Shown: positions 48,322-59,356, counted from the stretch's first letter. The stretch is DNA of 64,000 nt from Acidimicrobiia bacterium (GCA_965203555.1 CBDBCY010000004.1:2752001-2816000); one strand, 5' to 3'. The notes: generated by a model from the sequence alone, not told the origin. Translations and numbers: made by a program.

Positions 48322-49376
48322 AGGGCAGGTTCCATCGGCTCCGGGTGCTCCGGACGCGAGCCGAGACGAGGGACGCCACCAGCCTGTTCTTCCACGTGCC
48401 CCCTTCGCTGAGGGAAACGTTTCGCTGGCTGGCCGGTCAGCACGTCACTGTTCGTTTTGACCTCGATGGCCGGGAGAGACGGCGATCCTATTCCATCTCC
48501 GAGACTCCCCTTGCAGGGCGCCCTTTGAGCATCACCGTCAAGCGGGTTCGTGGAGGGCTGGTCTCCAACCACATTAATCAGAATGTGGTCCCGGGGGAGA
48601 TCATCGACGTCATGCCGCCCTTCGGGGGGTTCTGTCTCGAACCGGACACCCGGGCGCGCCGGACCTACTACTTCTTCGGCGCGGGAAGCGGCATCACGCC
48701 CCTGTACTCGATGCTGTGCTCGGTCCTTTCGGCGGAGCCGCACTCGGCGGTGCTTCTCCTGTACGGCAATCGGCATGCCGACGCCATCATATTCCGAGGG
48801 GACCTGGCCCGGCTGGAAGAGGACTCGGAAGGGCGTTTGACGGTCCGGCACGTCCTGTCGTCTCCTTCCCGGAAGCCTTCGTTCCAGCCTTGGCGGCGCG
48901 GCAGGATAGACGCAGAGAAAGTCGCCGGGTTTATCGAGGAGCATCCCCCCTACGCCCAGGACACCCGGCACTACATCTGCGGCCCGGGCGACATGAACCT
49001 GGTGGTTCGGCAGGCATTGCTCGGGATTGACGTGGCGGAGGAGCGCATCCACACCGAAAGCTACGGACCGGTCTTGCCCCCGGACGATTCGATTCCGGGG
49101 GTTGCCGCAGCTATGAGAGTGCGGCTGGATGGGAAGTTGCTCCCGGTGCCGGTCGCTTCGGGCCAGACAATTCTGGGTGCGGTGCGGGCTGCCGGGGGAC
49201 GGCCCCCTTACTCATGTGAGTCGGGAGTTTGCGGGGCGTGCCGGGCTCGCCTGCGGGGAGGCTCCGTGCATCTGCGGGCGCGGATGGCGCTCACCGATGC
49301 CGAGGTGTCCCGCGGCGTCATCCTCACCTGCCAGGCCCTGCCCACCACCTCCCAGGTCGCGGTGGAATACGACTGA
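48318..49376 (+). CDS. FAD/NAD(P)-binding reductase with C-terminal 2Fe-2S domain (PaaE/KshB-like)
   Basis: RSYS, GLVS, GSGITP, YICGP, CESGVCGAC..LTC; GTGA overlap with the oxygenase. Confidence 0.92.
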   Translation: MKGRFHRLRVLRTRAETRDATSLFFHVPPSLRETFRWLAGQHVTVRFDLDGRERRRSYSISETPLAGRPLSITVKRVRGGLVSNHINQNVVPGEIIDVMPPFGGFCLEPDTRARRTYYFFGAGSGITPLYSMLCSVLSAEPHSAVLLLYGNRHADAIIFRGDLARLEEDSEGRLTVRHVLSSPSRKPSFQPWRRGRIDAEKVAGFIEEHPPYAQDTRHYICGPGDMNLVVRQALLGIDVAEERIHTESYGPVLPPDDSIPGVAAAMRVRLDGKLLPVPVASGQTILGAVRAAGGRPPYSCESGVCGACRARLRGGSVHLRARMALTDAEVSRGVILTCQALPTTSQVAVEYD

Positions 49377-49621
49377 CAGGACCAAGGCGTTCGATCCTTA
49401 CTTCCTCCTCCCGGTGGTTCGGCGCCTCGAGGTTGACTACCCGAGCGCAGCTTTGTCGGCGGCTTGCGTCACCTGTACCTGCACACCGCGGGTTCATCAG
49501 GAACACACATGGGTAACCTCATCTGAAACAGCGACGTGTTCAAGCAAGAGATGCGCTTTCCAGCCGAGTCGTACAGTCGGATCGGCATTGATCACAACTT
49601 TGTGCGTCCGAATCACGTTCT

Positions 49622-50212
49622 ATGCGGGTTGTCGTAGCTGTCTTAGTTGCCGGGCTTGTGGCGAGTTGCAACGGAAGCGACGGCAAGGAGACGATCGAGG
49701 GTCAGTTGTCCCACAGGGATGTGAAATGCCGGGAGGCAATCGATGTGGTAGAGGCGCCTGGTCCCTTTTACAGAGTCCACGGCGCCGGTGACGGGTTCAT
49801 TGCGTTGCCCAAAGAGCAGATGCAACTCGGGCGGCGGGGGGAGGCGGGTTCGGGCTACGAGGACTACCGGTTCTCCAAGTTCGGGTTGCCTGTGCGCCGT
49901 TTCCGTCAGGTGTCGCTCGAGATCGTCGGGGCCCCCGACAAGGCGATGCTCAGCTATGGCGGGGGTGATTCGGCGCCGGTCGGAGCTTTGACCGCCGGAC
50001 CCTGTGACACGGATGGTGATGAATGTGTTATCGAGCCCACCGAGCAGATGAGTGTCGGGCCTTGCGGCTCGGATCGCGGCGAATGGGTTGTGTGGGCGGG
50101 CGGAATCTGGGTGAACGAGCCCGGCTGTGTTGAACTCGTCGCCAAGTCCGATGACGAGGAGATCGCGGCGTGGCTGGCAGTCGGCGCCTCCTGCGACGGG
50201 GTAGCTGCGTAG
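49622..50212 (+). CDS. putative lipoprotein
   Basis: Signal peptide ending LVAS-C. Confidence 0.65.
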   Translation: MRVVVAVLVAGLVASCNGSDGKETIEGQLSHRDVKCREAIDVVEAPGPFYRVHGAGDGFIALPKEQMQLGRRGEAGSGYEDYRFSKFGLPVRRFRQVSLEIVGAPDKAMLSYGGGDSAPVGALTAGPCDTDGDECVIEPTEQMSVGPCGSDRGEWVVWAGGIWVNEPGCVELVAKSDDEEIAAWLAVGASCDGVAA

Positions 50213-50414
50213 TGGTGGGCGAACGCTGCCGGTTGAGTCGCCTTGGCCTGAACCTGCCAGGTACGAGGCGCGCGGGGGCATATGCGCCCTGTTCCGCAGG
50301 AGTCGGCATCCTGATTCAGGCGGCATGCCCGGTGCCGACCATCCGATCCCAGAGCCTTCGTGAGGTGTAGGTTGAGGGGGATGGAATGCCTGGGGGTACC
50401 GTAGGAGGTCGGCT

Positions 50415-51131
50415 ATGCGACTGCTTGTCTTTCAGCACATCGATTGCGAACATCCCGGTCGCCTGCGCGACTTTCTGCGGGCCGACGGTGTCGAGTGGAC
50501 CGCGGTGGAACTCGACAGGGGCGACCCGATCCCGCCTCTGGAGGACTACGACGCCCTGTGGGTGATGGGCGGTCCCATGGATGTGTGGGATGTGGACGAG
50601 CACCCGTGGCTCGTGCAGGAAAAGCGGGCCATCCGGCGCTGGGTGCGGGAGATGGAGCGACCCTTTTTGGGCCTGTGTCTGGGACACCAGTTGCTGGCGG
50701 ATGCCCTGGGCGGCACTTGTGGCCCACAGCGCCCGCCCGAGATCGGCGTATACGCCGTGGAGCTGACGTCCGAGGGCCGGGCCGATCCGATCTTCGACCG
50801 GATGGGCGAGCGCCAGGTCGTCCTGCAGTGGCACTCGGTGCGGGTGGCCCAGCCGCCCGATGACGCGGTGGTGCTGGCGAGTTCCCCGTACTGCCGGGTG
50901 CAGGCCATGCGGGTGGGCCGGCGGGCGTGGTCGATGCAATACCACCTGGAGGTGGAGAGGGACACGGTCCGCAATTGGGGTGCGGTCGATGCCTACCGGG
51001 AGGCTCTGGAATCGGCCCTCGGTCCTGACGCCATCGACTCCCTGGCCGCCGAAGCCGACCACCACATGGAGGGCTTCGCGGTGGCCGCCCGGCGCCTGTA
51101 CCGCAACTTCATGGCTGCCGCCTGCTCATGA
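50415..51131 (+). CDS. type 1 glutamine amidotransferase-like protein
   Basis: GGPM, GLCLGHQ, QYHLE. Confidence 0.92.
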   Translation: MRLLVFQHIDCEHPGRLRDFLRADGVEWTAVELDRGDPIPPLEDYDALWVMGGPMDVWDVDEHPWLVQEKRAIRRWVREMERPFLGLCLGHQLLADALGGTCGPQRPPEIGVYAVELTSEGRADPIFDRMGERQVVLQWHSVRVAQPPDDAVVLASSPYCRVQAMRVGRRAWSMQYHLEVERDTVRNWGAVDAYREALESALGPDAIDSLAAEADHHMEGFAVAARRLYRNFMAAACS

Positions 51132-51358
51132 CAGCCCTGGAAGGTCGAATGTCAGAAGTTAGGCCTGGTGGGTTCCTCCGGATGCTCGTCCCGGGGGAGG
51201 GCGCCCGCCTGGGAGAATGACATGAGCTGTCCGCAGCAGCGAGACAGGTTACAGACGCCGCATCGGTTGGTGCCGCTTACCTGTTGGACAGGGAAACCAG
51301 GATCACAGGGGGGTTGCTGTGGTGTTGAGAAGTCCCGCTGGTCAGTAGATTTGTCCGG

Positions 51359-53704
51359 GTGGGTGGTGTCGACGGCCGCGACTTGATCCGGGTGACCGGG
51401 GCGCGGGAGAACAATCTCAAGGATGTCAATGTCGAGATCCCCAAGCGCCGTTTGACAGTGTTCACCGGAGTCTCGGGATCGGGGAAGAGTTCCTTGGTTG
51501 TCAATACGATCGCCGCCGAATCACAGAGGTTGATCAATGAGACGTACAGCGCTTTCGCGCAGGGTTTTCTGCCGAAAACGGCGCGGCCCGAAGTCGACGT
51601 GCTCGAAGGGCTGACCACCGCCATCATCGTCGACCAGGAGCGGTTGGGGGGCGACACCCGTTCCACGGTGGGTACCGCCACCGACGCCAACGCCATGCTG
51701 CGGATCCTGTTCAGCAGGCTGGGTCAGCCGCACATCGGTTCGCCCAACGCGTTTTCTTTCAATGTTCCTTCGGTCCGGGCGAGTGGTTCGATCACGGTCG
51801 AGCGCGGCGCCGGCAAAGCGGTGAGGAAGACTTTCAGCCGCACCGGCGGTATGTGTCCCACCTGTGAAGGCCGGGGAACGATGCCCGACATCGACTTGAC
51901 GCAACTCTTCGACGACTCCAAGTCGCTGGCCGAAGGAGCGTTCAAGATCCCCGGCTACAAGGCGGGCGGGTGGATGGTGAAATCTTTCACCGAATCCGGG
52001 TTTGTCGACCCCGACAAGCCGATCCGCGACTACACCGAGACCGAGATGGCCGATTTTCTGCACCGGGAACCGGTCAAGGTCAGGATGATGGGAATGAACG
52101 CCACCTACGAGGGTCTGATCCCCCGGGTCAAGAAGTCGTTTTTCTCCAAGGACCGCAAGTCGATGCGACCTCACATCCGAGCGTTCGTGGACCGGGCCGC
52201 CATCTTCACCGCCTGTGCAGACTGCGGCGGCACCCGGCTCAGCGAGGCGGCCCGCTCCTCCAGGATCGGTGGGATCAACATCGCCGACGCCTGCGCCATG
52301 CAGATCACGGATCTGGCCGGGTGGGTGTGCAGCCTGGACGAGCCGTCGGTGGCGCCGCTGCTGGAGGCCCTGCGGCACACGCTCGAATTGTTCGTGAAGA
52401 TCGGTTTGGGATATCTGTCGCTCGACCGGCCGTCGGGCACGCTGTCGGGTGGCGAGGCGCAGCGCACCAAGATGATCCGCCATCTCGGGTCGTCGCTCAC
52501 CGACGTGACCTACGTGTTCGACGAACCGACGGTCGGTCTGCACCCGCACGACATCCGGCGAATGAACGACCTGTTGCTGAGGCTTCGCGACAAGTCCAAC
52601 ACCGTGCTGGTAATCGAGCACAAGCCGGAGGTGATCGAGATTGCCGACCACGTGGTCGACCTCGGTCCCGGCGCCGGCCGCGAAGGAGGCGAGGTGGTGT
52701 TCGAAGGAAGCGTCGAGGGGTTGCAGGCCAGCGACACCAGGACCGGGCTGCACCTCGACCACCGGGCCTCGTTGAAGCGGTCGGTGCGGAGGCCGTCGGG
52801 GGTTCTGGAGGTGCGGGGGGCGAGCACCCACAACCTCCGCGACGTGGATGTCGACATCCCGCTCGGGGTGCTGGTGGTGGTGACCGGGGTGGCCGGAGCG
52901 GGCAAGAGCTCACTCATCGGGGGCTCGGTGTCCGGCCGGGACGGAGTGGTGACGGTCGACCAGACCCCGATCCGCGGCTCGCGGCGGAGCAACCCGGCCA
53001 CCTACACCGGCATGCTCGATTCGATCCGCAAGGCGTTCGCCAGGGCCAACCGCGTCAAGCCATCGCTGTTCAGCGCCAACTCCGCGGGCGCCTGTCCCAA
53101 CTGCAAGGGCGCCGGAGTCGTCGACTTCGACCTGGCGATCATGGTCAGCGTCCCGGTGGGGTGCGAGGAGTGCGAGGGCAGGGGGTTCCAGAGCGAGGTG
53201 CTCGGCTACCGACTGGGTGGCCGCAACATCAGCGAGGTTCTCTCCATGTCGGTGACCGAAGCCGGGGAGTTCTTCGCGGCAGGCGACTCCAGGGTCCCGG
53301 CAGCCCATCGCATCCTCGGCCGACTTTCCGACGTCGGGCTCGGCTACCTCACCATCGGCCAACCACTCACGACGCTGTCGGGCGGTGAAAGGCAGCGGTT
53401 GAAGCTGGCGATCCACATGGCGGAGAAAGGGGGAATCTACGTGCTGGACGAGCCGACCAGCGGCCTCCACCTGGCCGATGTCGACCACTTGTTGAGACTC
53501 TTGGACCAACTGGTGGATTCCGGCAAGTCGATCATCGTGATCGAACACCATCAGGCCGTGATGGCCCACGCCGACTGGATCATCGACGTAGGCCCCGGCG
53601 CCGGCTATGACGGAGGCCGGATCGTGTTCGAGGGCACACCCGCCGACCTTGTCGCCGACCGGTCGACTCTCACCGGACAGCACCTCGCCGAATACGTGGT
53701 GTAG
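51359..53704 (+). CDS. UvrA-like (class II / DrrC-like) ABC ATPase
   Basis: Two ABC modules (GVSGSGKSS, LSGGE, DEP) with Zn fingers; shorter than canonical UvrA. Confidence 0.9.
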   Translation: MGGVDGRDLIRVTGARENNLKDVNVEIPKRRLTVFTGVSGSGKSSLVVNTIAAESQRLINETYSAFAQGFLPKTARPEVDVLEGLTTAIIVDQERLGGDTRSTVGTATDANAMLRILFSRLGQPHIGSPNAFSFNVPSVRASGSITVERGAGKAVRKTFSRTGGMCPTCEGRGTMPDIDLTQLFDDSKSLAEGAFKIPGYKAGGWMVKSFTESGFVDPDKPIRDYTETEMADFLHREPVKVRMMGMNATYEGLIPRVKKSFFSKDRKSMRPHIRAFVDRAAIFTACADCGGTRLSEAARSSRIGGINIADACAMQITDLAGWVCSLDEPSVAPLLEALRHTLELFVKIGLGYLSLDRPSGTLSGGEAQRTKMIRHLGSSLTDVTYVFDEPTVGLHPHDIRRMNDLLLRLRDKSNTVLVIEHKPEVIEIADHVVDLGPGAGREGGEVVFEGSVEGLQASDTRTGLHLDHRASLKRSVRRPSGVLEVRGASTHNLRDVDVDIPLGVLVVVTGVAGAGKSSLIGGSVSGRDGVVTVDQTPIRGSRRSNPATYTGMLDSIRKAFARANRVKPSLFSANSAGACPNCKGAGVVDFDLAIMVSVPVGCEECEGRGFQSEVLGYRLGGRNISEVLSMSVTEAGEFFAAGDSRVPAAHRILGRLSDVGLGYLTIGQPLTTLSGGERQRLKLAIHMAEKGGIYVLDEPTSGLHLADVDHLLRLLDQLVDSGKSIIVIEHHQAVMAHADWIIDVGPGAGYDGGRIVFEGTPADLVADRSTLTGQHLAEYVV

Positions 53705-53852
53705 GCCCAGAAGCCCTCACCCTGCGTTCTCGTCGTCCCGCCACGCCTGCTCGCCGTCCCACAGTTGTCCGGTTGAGATTCTCCTGCTGTCCGAAAGATC
53801 GCGACTCTGTTACTGTGGGAGTCCGCGAGATTCCCTGAAAGGGGTCGAGTAG

Positions 53853-54278
53853 CTATGACCCCTGCGGATAGTCGTAGTTGAACATCCAGTTGATGCCGTA
53901 CTTGTCCGTGCAACCTCCGAAGTAGGCGCCCCAGAACGTGTCGCCCAGCGGCATGGTGACTTTCCCACCCTCGGAGATCTTGTTGAACAGTTCGTCCGTC
54001 TGTTCGCGGCTCTCCGTTTGGTAGGAGATGGAGAAGTTGTTGCCCTGCTCGACGGGCGGAGCGAAGGCGCTCGGAACGTCGCTGCCCATCAGAGCCGTGC
54101 CGCCGATGTCATAGCAGACGTGCATGACCATGTCCATCTCCTCCTCCGGCATGCCCATCCGGTCCGGTATGTCGCGAAAGGTCGCGAACGAGGAGAAGTC
54201 GCCGCCGAACACCGACCGGTAGAACTCGAAGACCTCGCGGCAATTGCCGTTGAAGTGCAGGTAGACGTTGAGCGCCAT
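53853..54278 (-). CDS. VOC family (PhnB-like) protein
   Basis: YLHFNGNC..FY..VFG; TFWGAYFG..DKYGINW. Confidence 0.92.
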   Translation of the reverse strand: MALNVYLHFNGNCREVFEFYRSVFGGDFSSFATFRDIPDRMGMPEEEMDMVMHVCYDIGGTALMGSDVPSAFAPPVEQGNNFSISYQTESREQTDELFNKISEGGKVTMPLGDTFWGAYFGGCTDKYGINWMFNYDYPQGS

Positions 54279-54435
54279 GAAATCCTCCAGGGTAACTATT
54301 GGCCGTCATCCAGCATATCAAGTCGAATGACCGCGGCCGGCTACCGAGAATATCCAGGGCTCTCCTGGGCCGCAGCAGGACAGAAAGGCGACTACAGGGG
54401 GCTGACCGTGTCCCCTCTCCGATCCGTAAACCTTC

Positions 54436-54957
54436 CTACGATCTCTCGGGAAGCCGGTCCGCAAAGTAGTCCAGTTGGACCGCACAGGCCTCCTCTACCA
54501 GGTGGGGACCGCTCACCTCGATGTGACGCTGGCCGCTTTGAAGAATGTTGCGGCAGCCGACGCCCCGCATGGTGGGGCAGTGGTCGTTGACTCCGGTGAT
54601 TCTCAGCAGGTCGTGTTCGGACATCCCGTACACCGTCCGGTTTATTCCACCCCAGTACATGGCGCCGCTGCACATGGCGCAGGGTTCGCAACTGGTGTAA
54701 AGGGTGGCGGTGGCGATCTGCCCGGGACTGAGGATGGCAACCGCCTTGTTGATCAGGTTGGACTCGGCGTGGTTGAGGGGGTTCCGTTCGGTGAAAGTTG
54801 TGTTCTCGGCTTCGAGGAGGATATTGCCTTCGGGGTCTGCGAGGAGTGCGCCGAACGCCATGTCACCTCTGGCGGCGGCACTGGCGGACAGTTCGATGGC
54901 TCGGCGGAGAAGCTGCATGTCCAGTGCGCCCGAATCTGCTGCATCTGTTTCGGTCAT
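54436..54957 (-). CDS. nucleoside/guanine deaminase
   Basis: HAE and EPCAMC zinc motifs. Confidence 0.92.
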   Translation of the reverse strand: MTETDAADSGALDMQLLRRAIELSASAAARGDMAFGALLADPEGNILLEAENTTFTERNPLNHAESNLINKAVAILSPGQIATATLYTSCEPCAMCSGAMYWGGINRTVYGMSEHDLLRITGVNDHCPTMRGVGCRNILQSGQRHIEVSGPHLVEEACAVQLDYFADRLPERS

Positions 54958-55085
54958 GCCGCCGATGCTAAGCGAAAAGGATGGGCGACAGCGTCGCAGG
55001 GGACCTTTATTTGGATCCCCACATCAACCCTCCGACCAGAACAGTGAGAGGATTAGCGGCTGGCATTCCCCTTCCGGACGCCTAT

Positions 55086-55133
55086 TTGACATCTACTGGT
55101 TTGGTGTTATAAAATGGTTTGCAATACAAACCA
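55086..55133 (+). promoter_or_regulatory. sigma70-type promoter with palindromic operator
   Basis: TTGACA at 55086, TATAAA/TAAAAT at 55108-55115, and TGGTTTG-N5-CAAACCA at 55115-55133, upstream of a membrane protein + HTH operon. Confidence 0.65.
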
Positions 55134-55147
55134 CACCGGAGGTTCAA

Positions 55148-55780
55148 ATGCGAAGTTCAGAAGGGGGAGAGGCTGCACTCACCCCTCAAGAGAGTTGGGA
55201 AACGATCCATACCACGATGGACAGGACGCGGAGTTCGATGTACCTGGCCGGATCTTCGACGATTCTGCTGCTGTGGGGAGCTCTCACGGCGGTGAGTTAC
55301 TTCTTCGAATACTGGCTCCAGACCGGCGCATCCGATTTGGTGGAGCAAAGCCCATGGGTGAGAGCGCCGTTTTACGGCGCCTTCATAGTCGTCGGAATAG
55401 TCGGCAGCGCCATAATCGGACACCGGGCGGGAAGCAGGAACGTGACGAGGGACGTCAGTAGAGCGGTCGGCATACGGGTATTCCTTTTCTGGGGGGCGGT
55501 GGTGGCGGCGACCTTGTTCATTCCGGCGGCCGCGGGGATGTGGACGGCTGAAGCGGGGCACAACATACCCGTAGTTGCCATCGGGATAGTCACTTTGGGA
55601 TTCATCTTGTTCGGCATCATGACCGACCCGTTGCTGGCGGCGGTTGGGTTTGGGATTGCCGCCGCCTACTTTCTTCCCCGCTTTCTGGCCGGTGACGCTG
55701 CTTACGCGGTTTCGGCGGTGGCGACCCTGGCGGTCGTGGGTCTTGGCGCGATGTGGTTGCGCAAGAGCGGGATCCGGTGA
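55148..55780 (+). CDS. multi-pass membrane protein
   Basis: About six hydrophobic helices; GGAGG RBS; GTGA overlap with the regulator. Confidence 0.75.
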   Translation: MRSSEGGEAALTPQESWETIHTTMDRTRSSMYLAGSSTILLLWGALTAVSYFFEYWLQTGASDLVEQSPWVRAPFYGAFIVVGIVGSAIIGHRAGSRNVTRDVSRAVGIRVFLFWGAVVAATLFIPAAAGMWTAEAGHNIPVVAIGIVTLGFILFGIMTDPLLAAVGFGIAAAYFLPRFLAGDAAYAVSAVATLAVVGLGAMWLRKSGIR

Positions 55781-56100
55781 GCGACAAACCTGTCGTCCTT
55801 GATGAGATCGTCCATCAGTCGGTCCGATTGCGAATAATGACTCAGCTGGTCTCCCAGCCGGAGGGGGCCCGGGTTGCGTACCGGTTCATCCAGAAAACAC
55901 TGGATCTGACCGGCGGAAACCTGACCATGCACCTGCGCAAGCTCCGGGATGCCGGTTACGTCGCCATCAGCAAGGAATTCCGGGATGAAAAGCCGTCAAC
56001 GTGGGTACAGGCCACACCCGCCGGACGTCAGGCATTTGCGGACTATCTCGCCGATCTGGAGAAGGTGTTGAACGCAGTAGGGTTCGGGACCGCCGGGTAA
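55777..56100 (+). CDS. winged-helix transcriptional regulator (HTH_34)
   Basis: LDEIVHQSVRLRIM, LTGGNLTMHLRKL, TPAGRQAF. Confidence 0.9.
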   Translation: MSDKPVVLDEIVHQSVRLRIMTQLVSQPEGARVAYRFIQKTLDLTGGNLTMHLRKLRDAGYVAISKEFRDEKPSTWVQATPAGRQAFADYLADLEKVLNAVGFGTAG

Positions 56101-56287
56101 AACATGATGCTTGCTCGCTTTCGGGATTGAGGTCCCGGGAGGTCGAGTTCAAGAGATGCCGACAGATGTCGTCAGCGCCGGTCTGCTGTATGTTTGCTAC
56201 ATGTCCAGGCGGTCCGCCTCGGCCACGTCGGCATCCTGTTCAGATGTCCATAACGAACCGATAAACGATAACCTTTATCCTAAGCAT

Positions 56288-58918
56288 ATGATCTCCGATG
56301 GCGAAGTGTCCCTCCGATTGTCATGGCATAGTCTTTCCCCGGAGGAGGCGACGGCGGAATTGGATTCGTCGCCCGGTGGATTGGCGGGGGAGGAGGCCGC
56401 CGATCGCCTAACCCGGCACGGCCCCAACCAACTGGTCGGCGCTCCTCCCGTCTCTCCGTTCCAGTTGCTGTTGGACGAGTTCCGAACTCCCCTGGTAATC
56501 GTCCTGCTCGCCGCCGCCCTGGTGCTGGTGGGAGTGTCGGTGCTGGGTGAGGACTCGGACCAACTGGTCGATGCCGTGCTCATCGGTCTGATCGTGTTGC
56601 TCAACGCCGGCTTGGGCTTCACGCAAAACTACCGGGCCAACCGGGGCATCGAATCTCTCAACCGGTTGGCCGCTCTGTCCGCCGAGGTCCTCAGAGACGG
56701 TGTGCCCGAGAAGATCGACGCCAAACTGGTAGTTCCCGGCGACGTGGTGCTGCTGGAAGAGGGCGACCGGGTTCCCGCCGACGGGCGTCTGCTGGAGAGT
56801 GTTCACCTACGCATCGACGAATCGGCTCTCACCGGCGAGAGCGTGCCGGTGGCCAAGACCAGCGCGTCGTCACCGGAGGGCGCCATTCTGGCCGAACGCT
56901 CCTCGATGGTTTACAGCAGCACCGTGGTGATGCGGGGGCGGGGGAGGATGCTGGTGACCGACACCGGGATGCGCACCGAAGTCGGAAAGATCGCTGAGGA
57001 GGTGCAGACGACAGACGATGAGCCCACGGTCTTTGAGCGAGAGGTGGGAAAGCTGGCCGTGCGGATCGGGTGGGCAGTAGCCGTCCTGATCGCCGTCGTG
57101 GCGGGGCTGCAACTTCTGATCGGGGAACTGACCGTGCTGGAGACATTCATCACCGCCGTGGCCCTGGCGGTGGCGGCGGTGCCCGAGGGGCTCCCGGTGG
57201 TGCTCACTCTGGCGCTGGCGTTCGGGACTCGGCGGATACTGGAAAGACGGGCCCTGGTGCGCTCCCTGCCGGTGGTGGAGATCGTGGGGGCGGCCCAGGT
57301 GATCTGCAGCGACAAGACCGGGACCATCACCGAAGGGAGGATGACGGTACGGCAGGTCTCCACCGCCAACGAGGACGTGGCCTCCGATCAGGTAGCCGCC
57401 GACGGTGTGGACGGGCCGCTGGCCATGGCAGTGCTGGCGGCGGGCTTGTGCAACAACGCCCACCGTCATCCGGATCACGGTTATGTGGGCGACCCCACCG
57501 AGACTGCACTCCTGGAACTCGCCGACCGCGCCGGGGCGTCGCTGGAAAGCTATGAGCGCAGCGCCGAGATTCCGTTTGCGTCGGAGCGGAAGATGATGTC
57601 GGTGGTGGCGCACCACCCGGGTGACGCCGACGGGCTGATGCTCACCAAGGGTGCGCCCGAGGTGGTCCTGCCGATCTGTGACCGCCTGGCCACGCCGCAG
57701 GGCGTGCTCTCCCTCACCGACGAGCAGCGGTCGGCCCTGGTGGAGAAGAACCGGGCGCTGGCCGGACAGGCCCTCCGGGTCCTGGCGCTGGCCTACAAGC
57801 CGCAGGGCGCCCAAGCCCGGCCCACCGAGGAGGGACTGATCTTCGCCGGTCTGGCGGCGATGAGCGATCCGCCCCGGCGGGAAGCCGCCGAGGCGATTGC
57901 CGCCGCCCGGCGAGCCGGCATTCGGGTGGTGATGATCACCGGCGACCACACGCTCACCGCCGCCGCCATCGGGCGGGAAGTGGGCCTGGAAGGAGAGACG
58001 GTGGAAGCCAAAACCCTGGACGAGATGGACCAGGACCGTCTGGCAGAGGTGATCAGGCACACCGACATCTTCGCCAGGGCCGAGCCCCGCCACAAGGTGA
58101 AGATCCTCAGGGCGCTCAAGGAGGACCACGACGTGGTGGTGATGACCGGCGACGGCGTGAACGACGCTCCGGCACTCCACAACGCCGACGTGGGGATCGC
58201 CATGGGCATCAAGGGCACCGACGTGGCCAGAGATACCTCCGACATGGTGCTCCTGGACGACAACTTCGCCACGATCGTGTCGGCGGTGGAGGAGGGGCGC
58301 CGCATTTTCGGCAACATCAAGAAGTTCGTGAACTACCTTCTCACCGGCAACCTCGCCGAGGTGCTGGTCATCCTGGTTTCAACCGTGTTCGGTTATCTGC
58401 CGATCACCGCCGTGCAGATCCTGTGGATCAACCTGGTCACCGATTCGGGGCCGGCGGTCGCCCTGGCGGTGGACCCGGCGCCCAAAGGGGTGATGCGAGA
58501 ACCTCCCAGCCACGGGGCGGTGCTGGGACGATCGATGGCGGCCCTGGTCGGGACGGTGGGAGTGATCGTTTCCATCATCCTGTTGGCGACATTCTTCGTG
58601 GCCCTCGGCCTCTGGGACTTGGAAACCGCCCGCACCGCCACGTTCACCGGTTTTGTCATACACGAGTACCTGCGCCTGCTGGTCATCCGGGTCCAGGAGC
58701 AAATGCCGCCGTTCACCAACAAGTGGCTGTGGATCTCGGTAACAGTGAGCCTCCTGCTCCAGGTGGGCATCATCTACACGTCCTTCGGCAACATCGCCTT
58801 CGGCACGGTGGCGCTCGGCCTCGGCCCGTGGGTCATCCTCCTGGCCGGCCTGGTGGTGGGTTTCATAACCACAGTGCTGGCCAGCCGATGGGTGGTCCGC
58901 CGCTTCGGCCCCCTCTAA
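56288..58918 (+). CDS. cation-transporting P-type ATPase (type IIA, Ca2+-like)
   Basis: TGES, PEGL, DKTGT, KGAPE, TGDGVNDAP, WINLVTD. Confidence 0.95.
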   Translation: MISDGEVSLRLSWHSLSPEEATAELDSSPGGLAGEEAADRLTRHGPNQLVGAPPVSPFQLLLDEFRTPLVIVLLAAALVLVGVSVLGEDSDQLVDAVLIGLIVLLNAGLGFTQNYRANRGIESLNRLAALSAEVLRDGVPEKIDAKLVVPGDVVLLEEGDRVPADGRLLESVHLRIDESALTGESVPVAKTSASSPEGAILAERSSMVYSSTVVMRGRGRMLVTDTGMRTEVGKIAEEVQTTDDEPTVFEREVGKLAVRIGWAVAVLIAVVAGLQLLIGELTVLETFITAVALAVAAVPEGLPVVLTLALAFGTRRILERRALVRSLPVVEIVGAAQVICSDKTGTITEGRMTVRQVSTANEDVASDQVAADGVDGPLAMAVLAAGLCNNAHRHPDHGYVGDPTETALLELADRAGASLESYERSAEIPFASERKMMSVVAHHPGDADGLMLTKGAPEVVLPICDRLATPQGVLSLTDEQRSALVEKNRALAGQALRVLALAYKPQGAQARPTEEGLIFAGLAAMSDPPRREAAEAIAAARRAGIRVVMITGDHTLTAAAIGREVGLEGETVEAKTLDEMDQDRLAEVIRHTDIFARAEPRHKVKILRALKEDHDVVVMTGDGVNDAPALHNADVGIAMGIKGTDVARDTSDMVLLDDNFATIVSAVEEGRRIFGNIKKFVNYLLTGNLAEVLVILVSTVFGYLPITAVQILWINLVTDSGPAVALAVDPAPKGVMREPPSHGAVLGRSMAALVGTVGVIVSIILLATFFVALGLWDLETARTATFTGFVIHEYLRLLVIRVQEQMPPFTNKWLWISVTVSLLLQVGIIYTSFGNIAFGTVALGLGPWVILLAGLVVGFITTVLASRWVVRRFGPL

Positions 58919-59146
58919 CGGCGACTCGGGGACCGGAACGCTGCCCCTTTGTCAGGGGGAATCTCGTCCATCTACAAACACCCTCTTGAGGGCGGTTCTG
59001 CAATTCCCCTGCCTTGCAAAAGAGTGGCCTCCTCAGCCACCTCCACTAGGGTGCGGTTGAGAAGCGATGGCCAAACACCCCTCTCAGGCTGGGGGGAGTG
59101 CTGAACGGGACCACGCCAGGAAGGCAGAAAGCATCGGAGGAGCATC

Positions 59147-59356
59147 TTGAGCGGCGAAGCCACCGAGCGGGAAGTGGAAGAACGATTCAATATGGTGAGA
59201 GGTCTTTACGGGGACCGCCTGGACAGTGAGCAACTGGAGGGGGTGCGGAAGGGGATCGAGAGCATTGTGGCAGCGTCGCAGGCCTTGAGAGCTGTGAAGC
59301 TCGACAATGGCGATGAGCCGTTCTGGGTATTCGCCCCCTACCGGGAAGAGGGCTGA
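59147..59356 (+). CDS. small GatC/AtzG-like amidase partner
   Basis: 69 aa ending L.NGDEP..VF; RBS present; ends 4 bp before the amidase. Confidence 0.6.
   Translation: MSGEATEREVEERFNMVRGLYGDRLDSEQLEGVRKGIESIVAASQALRAVKLDNGDEPFWVFAPYREEG

Noticed and set aside
59040-59146. TPP-riboswitch-like leader before the amidase operon
   Set aside because: Lacks the conserved GCTGAGA and CCTGA..AATGC core.
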